Assembly (NCBI GenBank): GCA_013239625.1
Contig: MU054220.1
Span: 1,851,509 to 1,915,508, forward strand
Length of the DNA stretch: 64,000 nucleotides
Source: Lama guanicoe
Lineage: Eukaryota
Direction of reading: 5' to 3'
Position 1 is the first letter of the stretch; the number at the start of each line of letters is the position of its first letter. Both the position numbers and the translations under genes were made by a program. The notes beneath the pieces are model-generated. The model was not told where the DNA came from. It was given only the letters and a program-made list of their open reading frames with translations, and searched no databases. Shown piece by piece: positions 1-13,151 of this stretch.

Positions 1-691
1 AGTTAGGATCTTCAAATTATATCTACAAGTTTTCATATGCCCTTTTTGGCATTAAATCTAAAATAACCAGCATATTAGAAGTCAAGATCAAATAACCAAT
101 AACTAAGAAAAAAAACAGCAGTTGGAATACACTCACAGGAGATTCAGAAATTGGAGCTATTAGACACAAGCTTTAAAATAACTGTGATCAATATACATTT
201 AAAAAATAGACCTAATTTAAAAATGGACAATGGGTTTCAACAGGCATTTCCCCAAAGAAGATGTACAAATGGCCAGTAGCACATGAAATATGCTCAATAT
301 CATTAGTTATTAGTAAAATGAAAATCAAAACCATAATGAAATACTATTTCACATGTGCTAGGATGGCTGTAATCAAAAACATGGACAATAACAAGTGTTG
401 GCAAGACAGCTTGTGAGATGGGAGAAAATACTGCAAACCATATATCTGAGAAGGGGCTAATATTAACAATATATAAGGAACTCAGGCAACTCAATAGCAA
501 AATCAAAGAAGCAAACAAATAACCTGACTTAAAAAATGGGCAAAGTACTTGAATAGACATTTCTCCAAAGACATACAAATGGCCAAAAGGTGTATGAAAA
601 GATGCTCAAAACCACTAATCATCAGGGAAATGCAAAACTAAATGCGATACCACCTCACACCTGTTAGAATGGCTTTTATCAAAAAGACAAG

Positions 692-911
692 AGGTGGGGA
701 GGGTATAGCTCAGTGGTAAGAGTGTGTGACTAGGATGCACAAGGTCCTGGGTTCAATCCTCAGTACCTTCATAAAAAATAAATAGACACCTAATTACCCC
801 CCCAGAATTAAAAATTAAAATTAAAATGTGAGATTATAAAAAATGCTCAAAAAAAGAATAATTGAGTAAAAGAAAAAAAAATAGAAGTCAGTCTTGTAGA
901 CTTAAAAAAAA
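692..911 (+). mobile_element. tRNA-derived SINE (Vic-1-like, camelid)
   Basis: GGGGAGGGTATAGCTCAGTGG A box, GGTTCAATCC B box, A-rich tail; TSD AAAAAGACAAG at 681-691 and 912-922. Confidence 0.85.
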
Positions 912-1649
912 AAAAAGACAAGCGATAACAAGTGCTGGCCAGGATGTGGAGAAAATGGAACTCAAGTGCACAGCTGACGGGATGTAAATTGGTAGAGGCA
1001 TTATGGAAAACAGTATGGAGATTCCCGCAAAATTTAAAAAATAGAACTATGTAATTCCACTTCTGGGTACATATCCAAAGGAAATGAAATTTGTTTCTCA
1101 GAGAGTTATCTATCCTCCTGTGTTCACTGCAGCATTATTCACAATTGCCAAGATACGGAAACAACTTAAGTGTCCGCTGATGGAGGAATGGAAAATGTGG
1201 TGTATGTATATAATGGAATGTCATTCAGCCTTTAAAAAGAAGGAAATCCTGACATTTGTGACAAACTGGAGGACATTATGCTAAGGGAAGTAAGTCAGTC
1301 ACAGAAAGACAAATACTACATGATCTCACTTACATGTACAATCTAAAAAAGTCAAACTCATAAAGACAGAGTAGAAAGGTGGTTGCCAGAGGGTGGGGGA
1401 AAGGGGGAGATGTTGGTCAAAAGGTACAAAATTTCAGTTATTCTGGAGATCTAATGTACAGCATAGTGACTATAGTTCATAATGTTGCAGTGTACACTTG
1501 AAATTTATAAGAGGGTAGATCTTAAGTGTTCCCAGCTCACAAACACATACACACAAAAGGTAACTATGTGAGGTGATGGATATTAATTATTAATTAGCTT
1601 GACTGTGGTAATCAGTTCAATGTATGCATGTATTAAAACATCATGTTGT

Positions 1650-1836
1650 GGGGAGGATATAGCTCAGTGGTAGAGCATGAGGTCCTGGATTCAATCACCA
1701 GTACTTCCATTAAAAAGTAAGCAAAGAAACCCCGAACAAATAAATAAACTTAATTACCCCCCAAAAAAGCTTAAAAAAAGAATTTAAGGTTCATTTTTTT
1801 AAATTAAAAATAAACAAACAAAACCTTAAAAAAAAC
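1650..1836 (+). mobile_element. tRNA-derived SINE (Vic-1-like, internally deleted)
   Basis: Same head with A/B boxes; TSD ACATCATGTTGT at 1638-1649 and 1837-1848. Confidence 0.85.
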
Positions 1837-1976
1837 ACATCATGTTGTACACCTTAAATATGTACAATTTTTATTTGTCAGTCAAGTGTTGGTAAGGATG
1901 TGGAGGAACAGAAGACCTCCTACATTGCTGGCAGGAATGTGAAATGGAGCAGTCACTTTGAAAAACAGGCAACTCC

Positions 1977-2128
1977 AGGGAGGGTATAGCTCAAGTGGTA
2001 GAGTGCATGCTTAGCATGCATGAGGTCCTGGGTTCAATCCCCAGTACCTCCATTGAAAAACCAAATAAATAAATAGACCTAATTACCTCCCCTCTGAAAA
2101 AAAAAAAAGAGAGAGAGAGAAAAGAAAA
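1977..2128 (+). mobile_element. tRNA-derived SINE (Vic-1-like)
   Basis: A/B boxes, A/(GA)n tail; TSD GAAAAACAGGCAA(C/T)TCC at 1960-1976 and 2129-2145. Confidence 0.85.
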
Positions 2129-5100
2129 GAAAAACAGGCAATTCCTCAAAAAAAAAAATTAAACATAAAGTTACCAAATGACCAAAGAAATAGATACTCA
2201 AGAGAAATGAGTATGTATGTTCATGTAAAAACTTGTACACAGATATTCATAGGAGAGTATCCATAATAAAAGAAAAAAGACTAAAATCAATGACACAAAT
2301 ATCTACCTCAAGAAGTTTTAAGACAAATAGGATACTAAAGCCAAAGAAAGTAGAAGAAAAAAATAAAGAACAGAAATTAATGAAATAAAACAAATATACT
2401 GTGGGGAGAATGAACAAAGCCAAAAGTTGTTTCCATGAAAAAACTAATAAAATTGATGAATCCCTGGTGAGAATGACCAAACGAGAAGGCAAAAATAACC
2501 AATTTTATGGATGGAAAAGAACATCAATATAAATCTTAGACATTTTAAAAGATAATAAGAGGGTATCATAAATAATCTTAAGCCAATAAATTTGAAAACT
2601 TAGAGGAAATGGGCAAATTCCTAGAAAAGTACAAACGTGCCAAACTGAAAGAAGATGAAAGAGAAAACTCTGAACATTCTGATATTTATTAAGGAAATTG
2701 CGTCACAACTAAAATCTTTCTTGCAAAGTAAATTCCAGATCCTGGTGGTTTCACTGGTGCATGTACTGAATATTCAAGCAAGAAACAATATCAATCTTTT
2801 TTAGGGGGGGGAAAAACTTTATTTTCAAACTATCTCAAACTCATAGAAAATTTGCAAGAATAGCACAAAGAACTGTGTTTTTTTCTGGAATGGTTTGATA
2901 ATAAATTGCCAACATGATGTCCCATCACCCTCAAACACTTTACTGTGTACTTCCTACAAGAATATTCCCCCAACCTAACCACCGTAAAGCCATCAAAACT
3001 TAATGGTATCTCAAGTAGTTCAAACTCACAGAAACAGAAAGTAGAATTGTGGTTGCCGAGGGCTGAAGGAAAGGGGAAATGGGGAGTTGTTATAACTTCA
3101 GTGGGCATACAGTTTCAGTTTTACAAGATGAAAAATTTCTAGAGGTCTGTTGCACACAGTGTGAATACAGTGTTAACTGTACCCTTAAAAATGGTTCAGA
3201 TGATACATTTTACCCTTATGCGCTTTTACCACAGTTTTTAAAAGAAGCAGTATCACTTGCTAGAAATATAACTGTAAAGGTAAAAAAGTGAAAAAAAAAA
3301 GAACATTAAGAACATTTAGATGAAAAACTCAAATATTACTGGTAAACCAGAACAAATTAAAAAACCACTAGTGTAATTTACCACATTAACAGAATAGAGG
3401 AGGAAATTATATGCTGACCTCAATAGACACAAAAAAGTATTTGATGAAATTCAGTTATCATTCATGATAAGAGCTTCTGGCAAATCAGGAATAAAAGAAG
3501 AACTCACTTAATCTGATAAAGTACTTAAAAACAAGTTTTAAAACAAACATGCTCCTAGGTATATACGTAAAAGAACTGAAAACAGTTGTTCAAAAACTTG
3601 TACATGAACATTCATAGGAATTGTATCATAATAGCAAAAGGTGAAGCAATCCAAATGTCCATCAACAGGTGAATGGCTAAACAAAATTTGGTATATTCAT
3701 ACAATGGAATATTATTCAACTATGAAAAGGAATAAAGTACTGATACCGGCTATAACATGGATGACCCTAGAAAACATGCTAAGTAGATTAGGCCAGACCT
3801 TCAAAGGACAAATATTATGTAATTCCATTTATATGCAGTACCTGGAATAGTCAAATTCAGAGACAGAAAGGAAATCAGTGGGGCTGAGGGGGGAAGGGTA
3901 ATAGAGAGGCATTTTTTAATGGGTAGAGTTTTATTTGGGGATGAAAAAGTTCTGGAAATGGATCATGGTGATGGTTGCCCAACATGTGAATGTATTAATG
4001 CCACTGAATTGTACACTTTAAAATGGTTAAAATGTTATATTTTATGTTACATGTATTTTACCATAACAAAAAGTAACAGAAATGTTACTTAGTGATAAAA
4101 TATAAAAGCCATCTATGATTGAGAACAAGTCAAGGATGTCTATTATAGCCAACATTCAACAATGTAATAGAGGTCTTTGCCAATGGAATAAAGCAAAAAA
4201 GTGTAAAAATGGTAAAGGAAGAAATCAAACTCTCATGATTTGGAGGATGACAAGATTGTGTAGGAAAGAAATTTAAAGCCTCAAAGAAACTATTAAAATT
4301 AGTAAGTATGAATTTCTCCTTCCAATCATGATGAGGTATCAAAAATCAGATATATTCTCCTGCCTTACACAACTAGAAAAAATGGACAAAATATATGAAA
4401 TACGGTTTCAGATACTGGACAACAGTCAGCACGAGACAGGAGGGAAAGGAATAAGGTAGCCCCAGCTTACTGCTTGGAGAGAGACAGTGTCCAGGCTGCA
4501 GCACAGGGAAGGAGGACCCAAACGGCCTTATAGTCTCACTGGGCTGAGGGGACAGAGTCTGGGAAAGTCAACAGGGCAAGAATTTGTGGGGCAAAATTAT
4601 GGGGAGGGAGATACACAGAGAGAGCATTCTGAGATTTTCAGAGGGGTCCTCTCAGATCTTTGAGTAAATATCATTGTGTAATGGTGTGTGAGGAAACTAA
4701 ACAAGGCTGGGGGTAAAAACACCAGAAATGAGTAGGAGGGGAAATCCTTAGAACAGTCTGTATTCTCACCATCCAGAATGAAAAGATTCTTACTATACAG
4801 AACATTGAGTAGAGTCCTCAAAAGGGTACTGCCTCACGGTGAGGCCAACTCACACCCAGACTATAGGCTGCCCTATACCCCTGTTAAGCAGCGTAGATTG
4901 AATAATGGTCCCTCAAGAGGTCCATGACCTGATCCCTGGAACCTGTGAATAATACCTTAGATGACACAGGGGCCATTTTTAAAGCAGTTAGGAGAAAAAA
5001 AAGGAAAAATCACATGAAAATGAACATAGGAATGAAAGCAGACTTCCACATCAGAAGTCATTTTTAAAGTACTAAAAGAAAAAAAAAAAAACAAACCTGT

Positions 5101-6221
5101 GAACCTAGAATTCTATACCCAGTAAAAATGCCTTTAAAAATGGCAAAATAAAGACCTTCTCAGACAGACAAAAGGAGGAAAAAAATGCATCACCAACCAA
5201 CCTGCATTATAGGAAATGTTAAAAGAATTTCTTCAGGCAGAAAGAAAATGTTACCAAAAGGAAGTCTGGTTCACACAAAGGAATGAAAAGCCCTGGAAAT
5301 GGCAAATATGTGGATAAATATTAAAGTTTTCTTCTCATTAAAAAAATGTTTTTAAAAGATACCTACCCTACAACCCAGCCATTCCACAACTAGGTATTTA
5401 CTCAAGAAAAATGAAAACATATATCCACACAAAGACTTAGCACATGAATGTTCATAACAGCTTTATTTGCAACAGTCAGAAACTGGAAAAAATCCAAATA
5501 TCCTTCAACAGGTAAATGAATAAATAAATTGTGGTATATTGATACAGTGGAACACTACTCAGAAAGAAAAATAAAACCTCTGATACATGCAGAATTGTAG
5601 ATGAATCTCAAATATGTATAATGCATGAAAGAAGCCAGAAAAAAAAGAGTACATATATGATGTCATTTATATAAAAGTCTAGAAAATGCAAATTTATCAA
5701 TAGGGATAGGAAGCAGATTAGTGGTTTTCAAGGGACAAGACAAAGGGTAGAAAGGGATGGATTACCAAAGGGTATGAGAAAACTTTGGGGGTGACGGATA
5801 TGTTCATTACTTTAATTGTGGTGATGGTTCCACAGTTGCATACGTATGTCAAAACTCATCAAATTGGTACACTTTAAATATGTGCAGTTTATTATAATCA
5901 ATTATATCTCAATAATTTAACAAAAAAAGATTAAAAAAATTAAAAATAGTAATGTATTATGGAGTATATAATATATGCAAAAGTTAAATGTAGGCCAATG
6001 ACAGAAGGGAGTAAATGGAAGTAAATATATGATTGTGAGAATCTTACAATACATGTGAAGTAGTATATTATTTGAAGACTCACTCTTATGTTAACCATGT
6101 ACATTGTACTGTAGAACAACTACTGAAAAAGAGAAAAGGGAAAGAGAAAGTATAACTGAAAATCGAATAGTGGAGACAAAATTGAATCATAAAAAGTACT
6201 CAACCAAAAAGAAGGCAAGAG

Positions 6222-6325
6222 GGGGGAGGGATATAGCTCAGTGGTAGAGTGCCTGCTTAGCATGCACGGGGTCCTGGGTTCAATCCCCAGTGCCTCCATA
6301 AAAACTAATGATAAAATAAAATAAA
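6222..6325 (+). mobile_element. tRNA-derived SINE (Vic-1-like)
   Basis: GGGGGAGGGATATAGCTCAGTGGTAGAG...GGTTCAATCCCCAG, (TAAAA)n tail, flanked by AGAAGGCA repeats. Confidence 0.85.
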
Positions 6326-6509
6326 AGAGAAGGCAGAAAAAAGGAAAATGGAACAAAGAGATGGGACAAATAGAAATTGAAGATGACAGACTTAAACCTA
6401 ATCTTAGTTATCATATTAAGTGTAAATGGTCAAATGTTCCAATTAAAAGGCAGTGATTGTCAGATTGAATTTTTTTTTTTAGAATACTGTCTGCAGGAAA
6501 TTTATTTTA

Positions 6510-6728
6510 TTTTTTAAATTTATTTAAAAATTTTTTCTGTTTTAAACTCATACATGTGTTTTCTTTCTTTTTTTTTTTTTTTGCCAGGGGGTAATTAGGT
6601 TTTTTTTTTTTTTTTTTTGCCAGGGGGTAATTAGGTTTATTTTATTTATTTTTAGAGGAGGTACTGGGGATTGAACCTATGACCTCATGCATGTTAAGCA
6701 TGAACTCTCCACTTAAGCTATACCCTCC
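6510..6728 (-). mobile_element. tRNA-derived SINE (Vic-1-like), reverse orientation
   Basis: Reverse complement of the SINE head at ~6655-6728 with a T-rich tail to its left. Confidence 0.8.
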
Positions 6729-7906
6729 TAACAGAAAACTCATTTTATATACAAATACACAAATAGGTTAAAAATAAAAGGATGAAGAAAGCTGGGATGG
6801 CCATATTAATATCAAACAAAGAAGATTTCAGAACAAGAAATATTACCAGGGATAAAGGGAGCCATCTCACAATGACAAAGGTGTCAGTTCACCAAAAGAA
6901 TGTAATTCTAAATGTGTAAGTAGCTAATAACAGAGTTTCCATATTCATGAAGCAAAAACTAAAGGAAAACAGAAACACAATTTTATAGTTGGAGATTCTA
7001 ATATTCCTCTCTCCTCTCTCAATAATTGATAAAAGATAGAAAATTAATAAAGGTACAGAACATTTGAACAACACTATCAAGCAACTTAAACTAATTGACA
7101 TTTTGAGAATAATTCACCCCAAAATAGTACATTATTTTCAAATGCACATGGAACATTCACTAAGACAGTCCACATACAAATAAAAGATGTAAAATGACTG
7201 GAATAATATAAAATGTCTTCTGTTCATAACAGAATTGAACTAGAAATCAATAACAGAGAGATCTCAACAATCCTCAAATATTTGGAAATTAAACAACATA
7301 CTTCAGAATAACCCATAGGTTAAAGAAGAAATCATAATGAATTTGGAAAATAATTTGAACTGAATGAAAACAAAAACACAACAAAATCTGTGAGATGCAG
7401 TTAGAGACATACTTAGAGGGAAATGTATAGCATTAAATGGTTATATTATAAAAGAAAGTTCTCAAATAAACAATCTAAGCTTTTATCTTAAGAAACTAGA
7501 AAAAGAAGAGCAAATTATACCCAAGGTAAGCACAGGAAAGAAAATAATAAACCAAAAACTAACAAAAAAGAAAACAGAAAAACAATAGAGAAAATCAATG
7601 AAACTAAAAGCTGGTTCTTTGAAAATATCAATAAAATTGATAAACATCTAGCAAACTGGTCAGGAATAAAAGAGAAGACGCAAATTAGTAATATCAAGAA
7701 TATGGGGGCATTACTACAGGGAAATAAGAGAATATAAGAATAACTTTATGCCACTAAATTCAACAACTTAGATAAAATGGATAAATTACCTGAAAGACAA
7801 ATTACCAAGTTCCTTCAAGAAGAAATAGATAATTTAAATTGCCCTACACCTATTAATGAAATTAAATATATAGTTAAAAGACCTTCCAATAAAAAAAACT
7901 CCAGCT

Positions 7907-8010
7907 GGGGGTAATAGCTCAGTGGTAGAGCACATACTTAGCATGCACAAGGTCCTGGATTCTATTCCCAGTACCTCCATAAAAAATTTTTAATTTAATT
8001 TAAAAACCAT
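7907..8010 (+). mobile_element. tRNA-derived SINE (Vic-1-like)
   Basis: TAGCTCAGTGGTAGAG head, degenerate B box, AAAAACTCCAG repeats on both sides. Confidence 0.8.
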
Positions 8011-9304
8011 AAAAACTCCAGTTCCAGATGGCTTCACTAGAGTGAATCTTATAAAAAATTTAAGGAAGAAATAATACAAATTCTACATAAATTATTCCAG
8101 AAAATACAAGAGGAGGGAACACTTCCCAACTCTTTATATGAGGTCTGCATTACCCTGATGCCAAAACCAAAGGCATTACAAAAAAACAGAAATCATTAGA
8201 TATTTTAAAGTGGTCATCATCTGATATGAGATGATTAAACTAGAATTTCCGATGTAATAAGTAAAACAGAACAGATTCAAGGATAGAATACTTATGTAAT
8301 AATCTAAGTAGATGAATAAGTGTGTGTAAAGATGCTTCAAATGGGGATTTCAGGTAATATTTACTTTATACTTTTTTCTGTATTGTTTGAATTTCTTACA
8401 ATAAGCCTAGATCACTTTTACAATGAGAACAAAATGAAGTTATCTTCATTTTGAAAATGTAACATATTCTTTTGCCAAGGGCCTGAAGATGTAAAGATCA
8501 GAGCCAAGTTCAGATGACTAAAGAAATGACAGAATGAGGAACTGCTCCCCTAGTCACTGGTTTCAGATCAACTTTCTGCTGTCCCTGTCTGGGAGAAAAT
8601 TCAGACAGTTCTCCAAACTGCCATATCCTTCTTCTGCTCCAGCCTAGCTCCCTCTTTGTCACATAGTTCAAATGCCTAGACCAATCTCCACAACTGAGGA
8701 AACTTCACTTAAATGGGCATTAAAATAAAGGCTAATGTAAACCAAAAGCAGCCTTAGCCTGGCACAACTTCAAAGCAGCTATCATTCCCCTTTTGGTCAG
8801 AAGGCTCTTCCGCTAGGACATTCTTAAGCCATTTCTTAAATTTCTCTATTCCCATATCCTAGATGTCTAGGGAAAACAAAAACAAAAACAGAAACAAATC
8901 TCTCTCTGACTAAGCCCTGGGTTCTGACTTCCATTTTAAGCTGCCCCTTCCAGTGGTCACCTGTCTTAACAGCTAGCTGGGAATCCCACCGAGTTCTGTC
9001 CACAGCACTCCTCTGGCTGCCTTTCCTCTGACTTCAGGCACTTCTTTTTTTGAGCATCCATCTCATACCTTGAATCCTAATCCCCCAAGCCTGCCTAACC
9101 TGGCCTCTTCTGATGGGCTGCTCTCCAAACCCTCCACTTAAAAGAACTCATTGTGGGTTCACCCTTAGCCTTTTCTACCTCCAAACCACAGTGGAAAAAT
9201 GTCAGTGAGCTAATGCAGAATCCAGCCCACAGATGTGTTTTATTTAGCTACACAGCATGTTCAATTTTATTTAGTTTCCAACATTAAAAGTCAGGGTATT
9301 TTAA

Positions 9305-9965
9305 AATGAAACCCTTGTGCACTGTTGGAGGAAATGTAAAATGGTGCAGCCTCTATTATGGTGGTTCCTCAAAAAATTAAAAATAGAGTTACCATGTGAT
9401 CCAACAATTCCACTCTAGGTATATACCAAAAGAACTGAAAGCAGGGACTCAAAAAGACATTTGTACAACCATGTTCAGAGCAGCATTATTCACAAAAGCC
9501 AAAAGGCAAAAGCATCCCAAATGTCTACCAACACATGAATAGATAAATAAAATCTGGCTATATACATATACATTATACAGTGTATAATATACAGTGGAAC
9601 ATTATTCAGCCTTAAAAAGGAAGAAAATTCTGGCACATGCTGCAACATGAATGAACCTTGAGGACATTATGCTAAGTGAAATAAGCCAGTCACAAAAGGA
9701 CAAATATCATATGATTCCACTTACATGAGAATACTAAGTCAAAATCATAGAGACAGAAAGCAGAATGGTGGTTGCCAGGGGCGGGAGAGAGGGAGGAAAG
9801 GGGAGTTAGTGTTTAATGGGTACAGAATTTTAGTTTTGCAAAATGAAAAAGTTCTGGAGACTGTTACACAAGAATGTGAATGTACTTAATGCCGCCGAAC
9901 TGTACACTTAAAAATGGTCATGATGGTAAATTTTATGCTATCTGTATTTCACCCTAGTTTAAAAA
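9305..9965 (+). mobile_element. LINE-1 3' end fragment (old L1M type)
   Basis: Typical L1 ORF2-end/3'UTR text (GGACATTATGCTAAGTGAAATAAGCCAGTCACAAAAGGACAAAT...TGTACACTTAAAAATGG). Confidence 0.8.
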
Positions 9966-10504
9966 AATCAGAATGTTTCATGTAAAAAAAAAATCAGGCT
10001 TCATTTGAAAAACTTAGATCTGATACCATGGGACTTAGTTTCTTGCCTGTCAACCATCTCCGGTTTATTACTAACCACAATCCTACGTCATTCTTGTATC
10101 TGTCTGGCTTCTTAGGGCATGTGAGTTTGTGGTCCCTGCTTTAAACCCAGAGTGTCACTTTTTACCTTACAGCCCTCCAATGTTAGACCCCAGCAGGGCA
10201 AGCAAAAGGTCTTCCCTTCGGTGGAGGAGCTAACCCCGCACTCCCCAGGGACTGATGACAAACACTAGCATCCCTAAAAAGCCCTTTGCCAAACCTTACC
10301 CCAAACACACTCTGCCTTTCTTCCTTTTCCCTCCATTTATCTAAATACTGTTCTTCCTCACTCCTCAATCATCCACGAAACCTCCTCTATCAACTCTAAT
10401 TCACAAGAGGTTCTTCCTTCTGTTAAATTCTGCAGCATTTAGCATCTGTATTGCTGTATTGTTAGTATGTATATATCCCACCTACCCTGTTACACTCCAA
10501 GCCC

Positions 10505-10960
10505 CTCATTCATTCAGCAAATATAAAGCAGCTACTCTAGGCCAAACACTGTTCTAGGCACTGGGGATAGAGCAGTAAACCAGAAAGACAAGGTCCCTGC
10601 CATCACGCAGCTTACTTTCCAGTGGACAAAGACCTACAAATAAGTCCATTCAGATACTGAGAAACACAGTAGGGGTAAAGTGAGGCAGGGCAATGAGATA
10701 GGGAGTGATGGGGGGAGGTGCTACTTTAGGCAGAGTGGTAGTGAAAGCCTTTTTGAGGAAGTATATTGAGCGGAGGCCTGAAGGATAAGAGGGAGCCAGC
10801 CACAAGAAAACCATGGGGCAGAGCTCTCCAAAGGGAACAGCAAGTGCAAAGACCCAGTTGCAGGAACAGAAATGGCTAGTACAGCTAAAGCTCAGGAAAT
10901 GAGGAGAGACAGTAGCACAAGATGAGGTCCAGGCGGTAAGGGGCTTAGATTCCACTCTAC
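10505..10960 (-). mobile_element. LINE-2 3' fragment
   Basis: Begins TCATTCATTCAGCAAATAT (reverse complement of the L2 (TGAA)n tail), followed by typical L2 body. Confidence 0.6.
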
Positions 10961-11172
10961 ATGGTGACTTACTAGCAGGTGATCAATATTTCATACTTTC
11001 TAATATTTTAAGGGCAGGCCTTCAACAAAGATTTGAGTATCATCACCATTTAGTTGTTTGAAAATACCCACAGTTACTTTTGATCCCAATCATCTCCTTG
11101 TCACTGGATGACTTCTCATCCCTTCAACAAACACTTCTTCAGCACTATCGTCTGGCACAGGGAACTGCTCAC

Positions 11173-11364
11173 CCCTTTAATGAAGGTGGGTTTGTCCTTT
11201 ATGCCAAAGTTCCAGAGCATGATATCTCCCCCTTTGGAACCCACAGCCACGGTGCTGGGGTGAGCTGGGTGCCATGCCAGGGATGTGGCCCTCCTGTCAA
11301 AAGGGGCAGCCTTTTGGAATATCCGGTAAGAAGCCAGAGAGTGCAAAAAGGACTGCTGAAGACC
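11173..11364 (-). CDS. DDB2: DNA damage-binding protein 2 (XPE), coding exon 3 (192 nt)
   Basis: [64 protein letters not shown] (first WD40 repeat); AG acceptor 11365-6, GT donor 11171-2. The gene continues beyond the left edge. Confidence 0.97.
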
Positions 11365-11738
11365 CTAACACAAAGAGAAAAGAATTAAACTGAATTAAAA
11401 CACACAGTACATTGTCAATCTCTGACTCCTCCCTAGATGAGGCCTGGGGCCAAGTCCTCCCACTTAAAGGAAAACTAACTGCCTGGCTCTGTGCATAAAA
11501 ATATTTGCAATTACATAATCTAATCATGGAAAGCAAAGGGACAGAGTGCACTTCAGCTGGGACCCCTACAGCATAGGACTTCTACCTGGCTGAATGCCCA
11601 GTAAGCCAGTCACCAAAGTGGGGGTGATCTGACCACTCTGAAAACCTACTGAACCAACCCAACATCTAATTTTGGACCATCCGGTAGTAAAAAAGCACCA
11701 TGCAAACCCTTGAGCACTTCAGCCAGGAAATGCCTCAC

Positions 11739-11875
11739 CTGCTGTAGTGATGGCCAGGTAGCTCTGCCCAGCTTATGCTGGTGGAGGGCCCTGACGATGC
11801 TGCTGCATGATGCCGAGACCCGCAGGCTAGCCAACCCCGCCCAAAGGCAGCCTGAGTCAAATCTTCTGCTAGAAC
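11739..11875 (-). CDS. DDB2: DDB2 coding exon 2 (137 nt)
   Basis: (G)[49 protein letters not shown] boundaries; phase 1 to 0. Confidence 0.96.
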
Positions 11876-13024
11876 CTGCCAAGCAGAAGAGACACATATT
11901 TTCCGCTCCAATCTCCCGCAAGAAAGCTTTTTTTCTACTGAAACCCCAGAAAGAAAGCCTTGTTTCATTCAGCATAGACAATCTCTCTAATCACCTCCTA
12001 AGGCCTTTCCATCGTCTGCTTAGTCTCATTCAGCACAAGAAATAAATAGTGAGTAGGGATCCAGCCCTTTCCAAAAAACATTCCCCCAAATAGTAATTCT
12101 AAAGTAAAACTATGATATTGCAGGGTTTCTGAGAACTAAGCCAAAGAAACATACAAGAACTGCAGACCTCTTCTCAGTGGGGCTGGAAAACTTGTGATAG
12201 GGTTGAGTAACAATTTTAAAATCATATATAATGCACAATAAAAAGATTTTTGGACAGTATATAGGTGATTGGAAAAAGCAGTTTCTTTAAATCCTGTATT
12301 AAAATAATGTAGAGGTGACCAGTTGTGGCCCCAAGTCCAATCTGTTCTCCTGAAAACCAGCAGGCTCCAGAGAGTCTGGCGTGGAGCTAAATTCACTAGG
12401 CTACTTTTTGAGGGGGTAGATCCACCTAAAATAGGAATAAAGCAACTCTGAATTACCAACATATATTTGAGGACCTGATCTCTATGAATCCTGCCTCTTG
12501 ACAACCAATTCTTTCTTCTCATGAGCAAAAACCACTTCATCCACAACTCCCTGCTCTAATTTTTTGAGTTCCTCACATTTCTTCTAGCCCCAGGTTCAAG
12601 TCCCCCCCTCAAAAACCCCTGAGGATGAGCTTTCAAAGGAAGAAAGGAAGGAAATTGAGGGATCCCGCATCTAAACCAAGGACATACAGCTAACAATCGT
12701 GACTATCAAAATTAAGCACACACATCTCCAGGCAAGGTAGGATTATCTTAAGCTCTCCTTGGTGTGTAAAACTCCTGGTACAAACAAGGAACTTGGGAAG
12801 TCCGTTGTGTCTGTTGTAATGGAGTTCATCTGCCTCTTCCCGTCACCTGAGGGAGGTTAAGCCCAAACTCTAAGATGTCAAAGGACCTGCAGACAAAATG
12901 CATAGCCTGAGGCGCCCATAATTTGGGACAGCCTCAGGAACCTAGGAGCACCCACCCCCACTCCAGCCTCCTGCGTGAGAACCCCAAATGGCAGAATTAT
13001 TAAAGCAGCAGGCGCAGGCAGTAC

Positions 13025-13151
13025 CGGGGCCCTTCACACAGAGCTTCTTGGCCTCGGGTTCCAGCTCCCGGGGGCTTCTGTTCCTCTTGCTCTTGGGACG
13101 CACAACCACCTCGGGGGTCTTCTGGGTTTCTGGGCGTTTCCTGGGAGCCAT
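13025..13151 (-). CDS. DDB2: DDB2 coding exon 1 (127 nt)
   Basis: [42 protein letters not shown](G); ATG at 13151-13149, GT donor 13024-3. Confidence 0.96.

Larger units (their letters stand above)
1..8450 (+). mobile_element. Mosaic of old, degraded LINE-1 fragments (ORF2 and 3'UTR pieces) in DDB2 intron 3, interrupted by SINEs and a short MaLR LTR piece (~4885-4965)
   Basis: A-rich plus strand with L1 ORF2 C-terminal-like peptides (1084-1284 '[14 protein letters not shown]', 3641-3850 'WLNKIWYIHTMEYYS'), an endonuclease/linker-like stretch at ~6740-8200, and many stops. Subfamilies not resolved. Confidence 0.85.
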
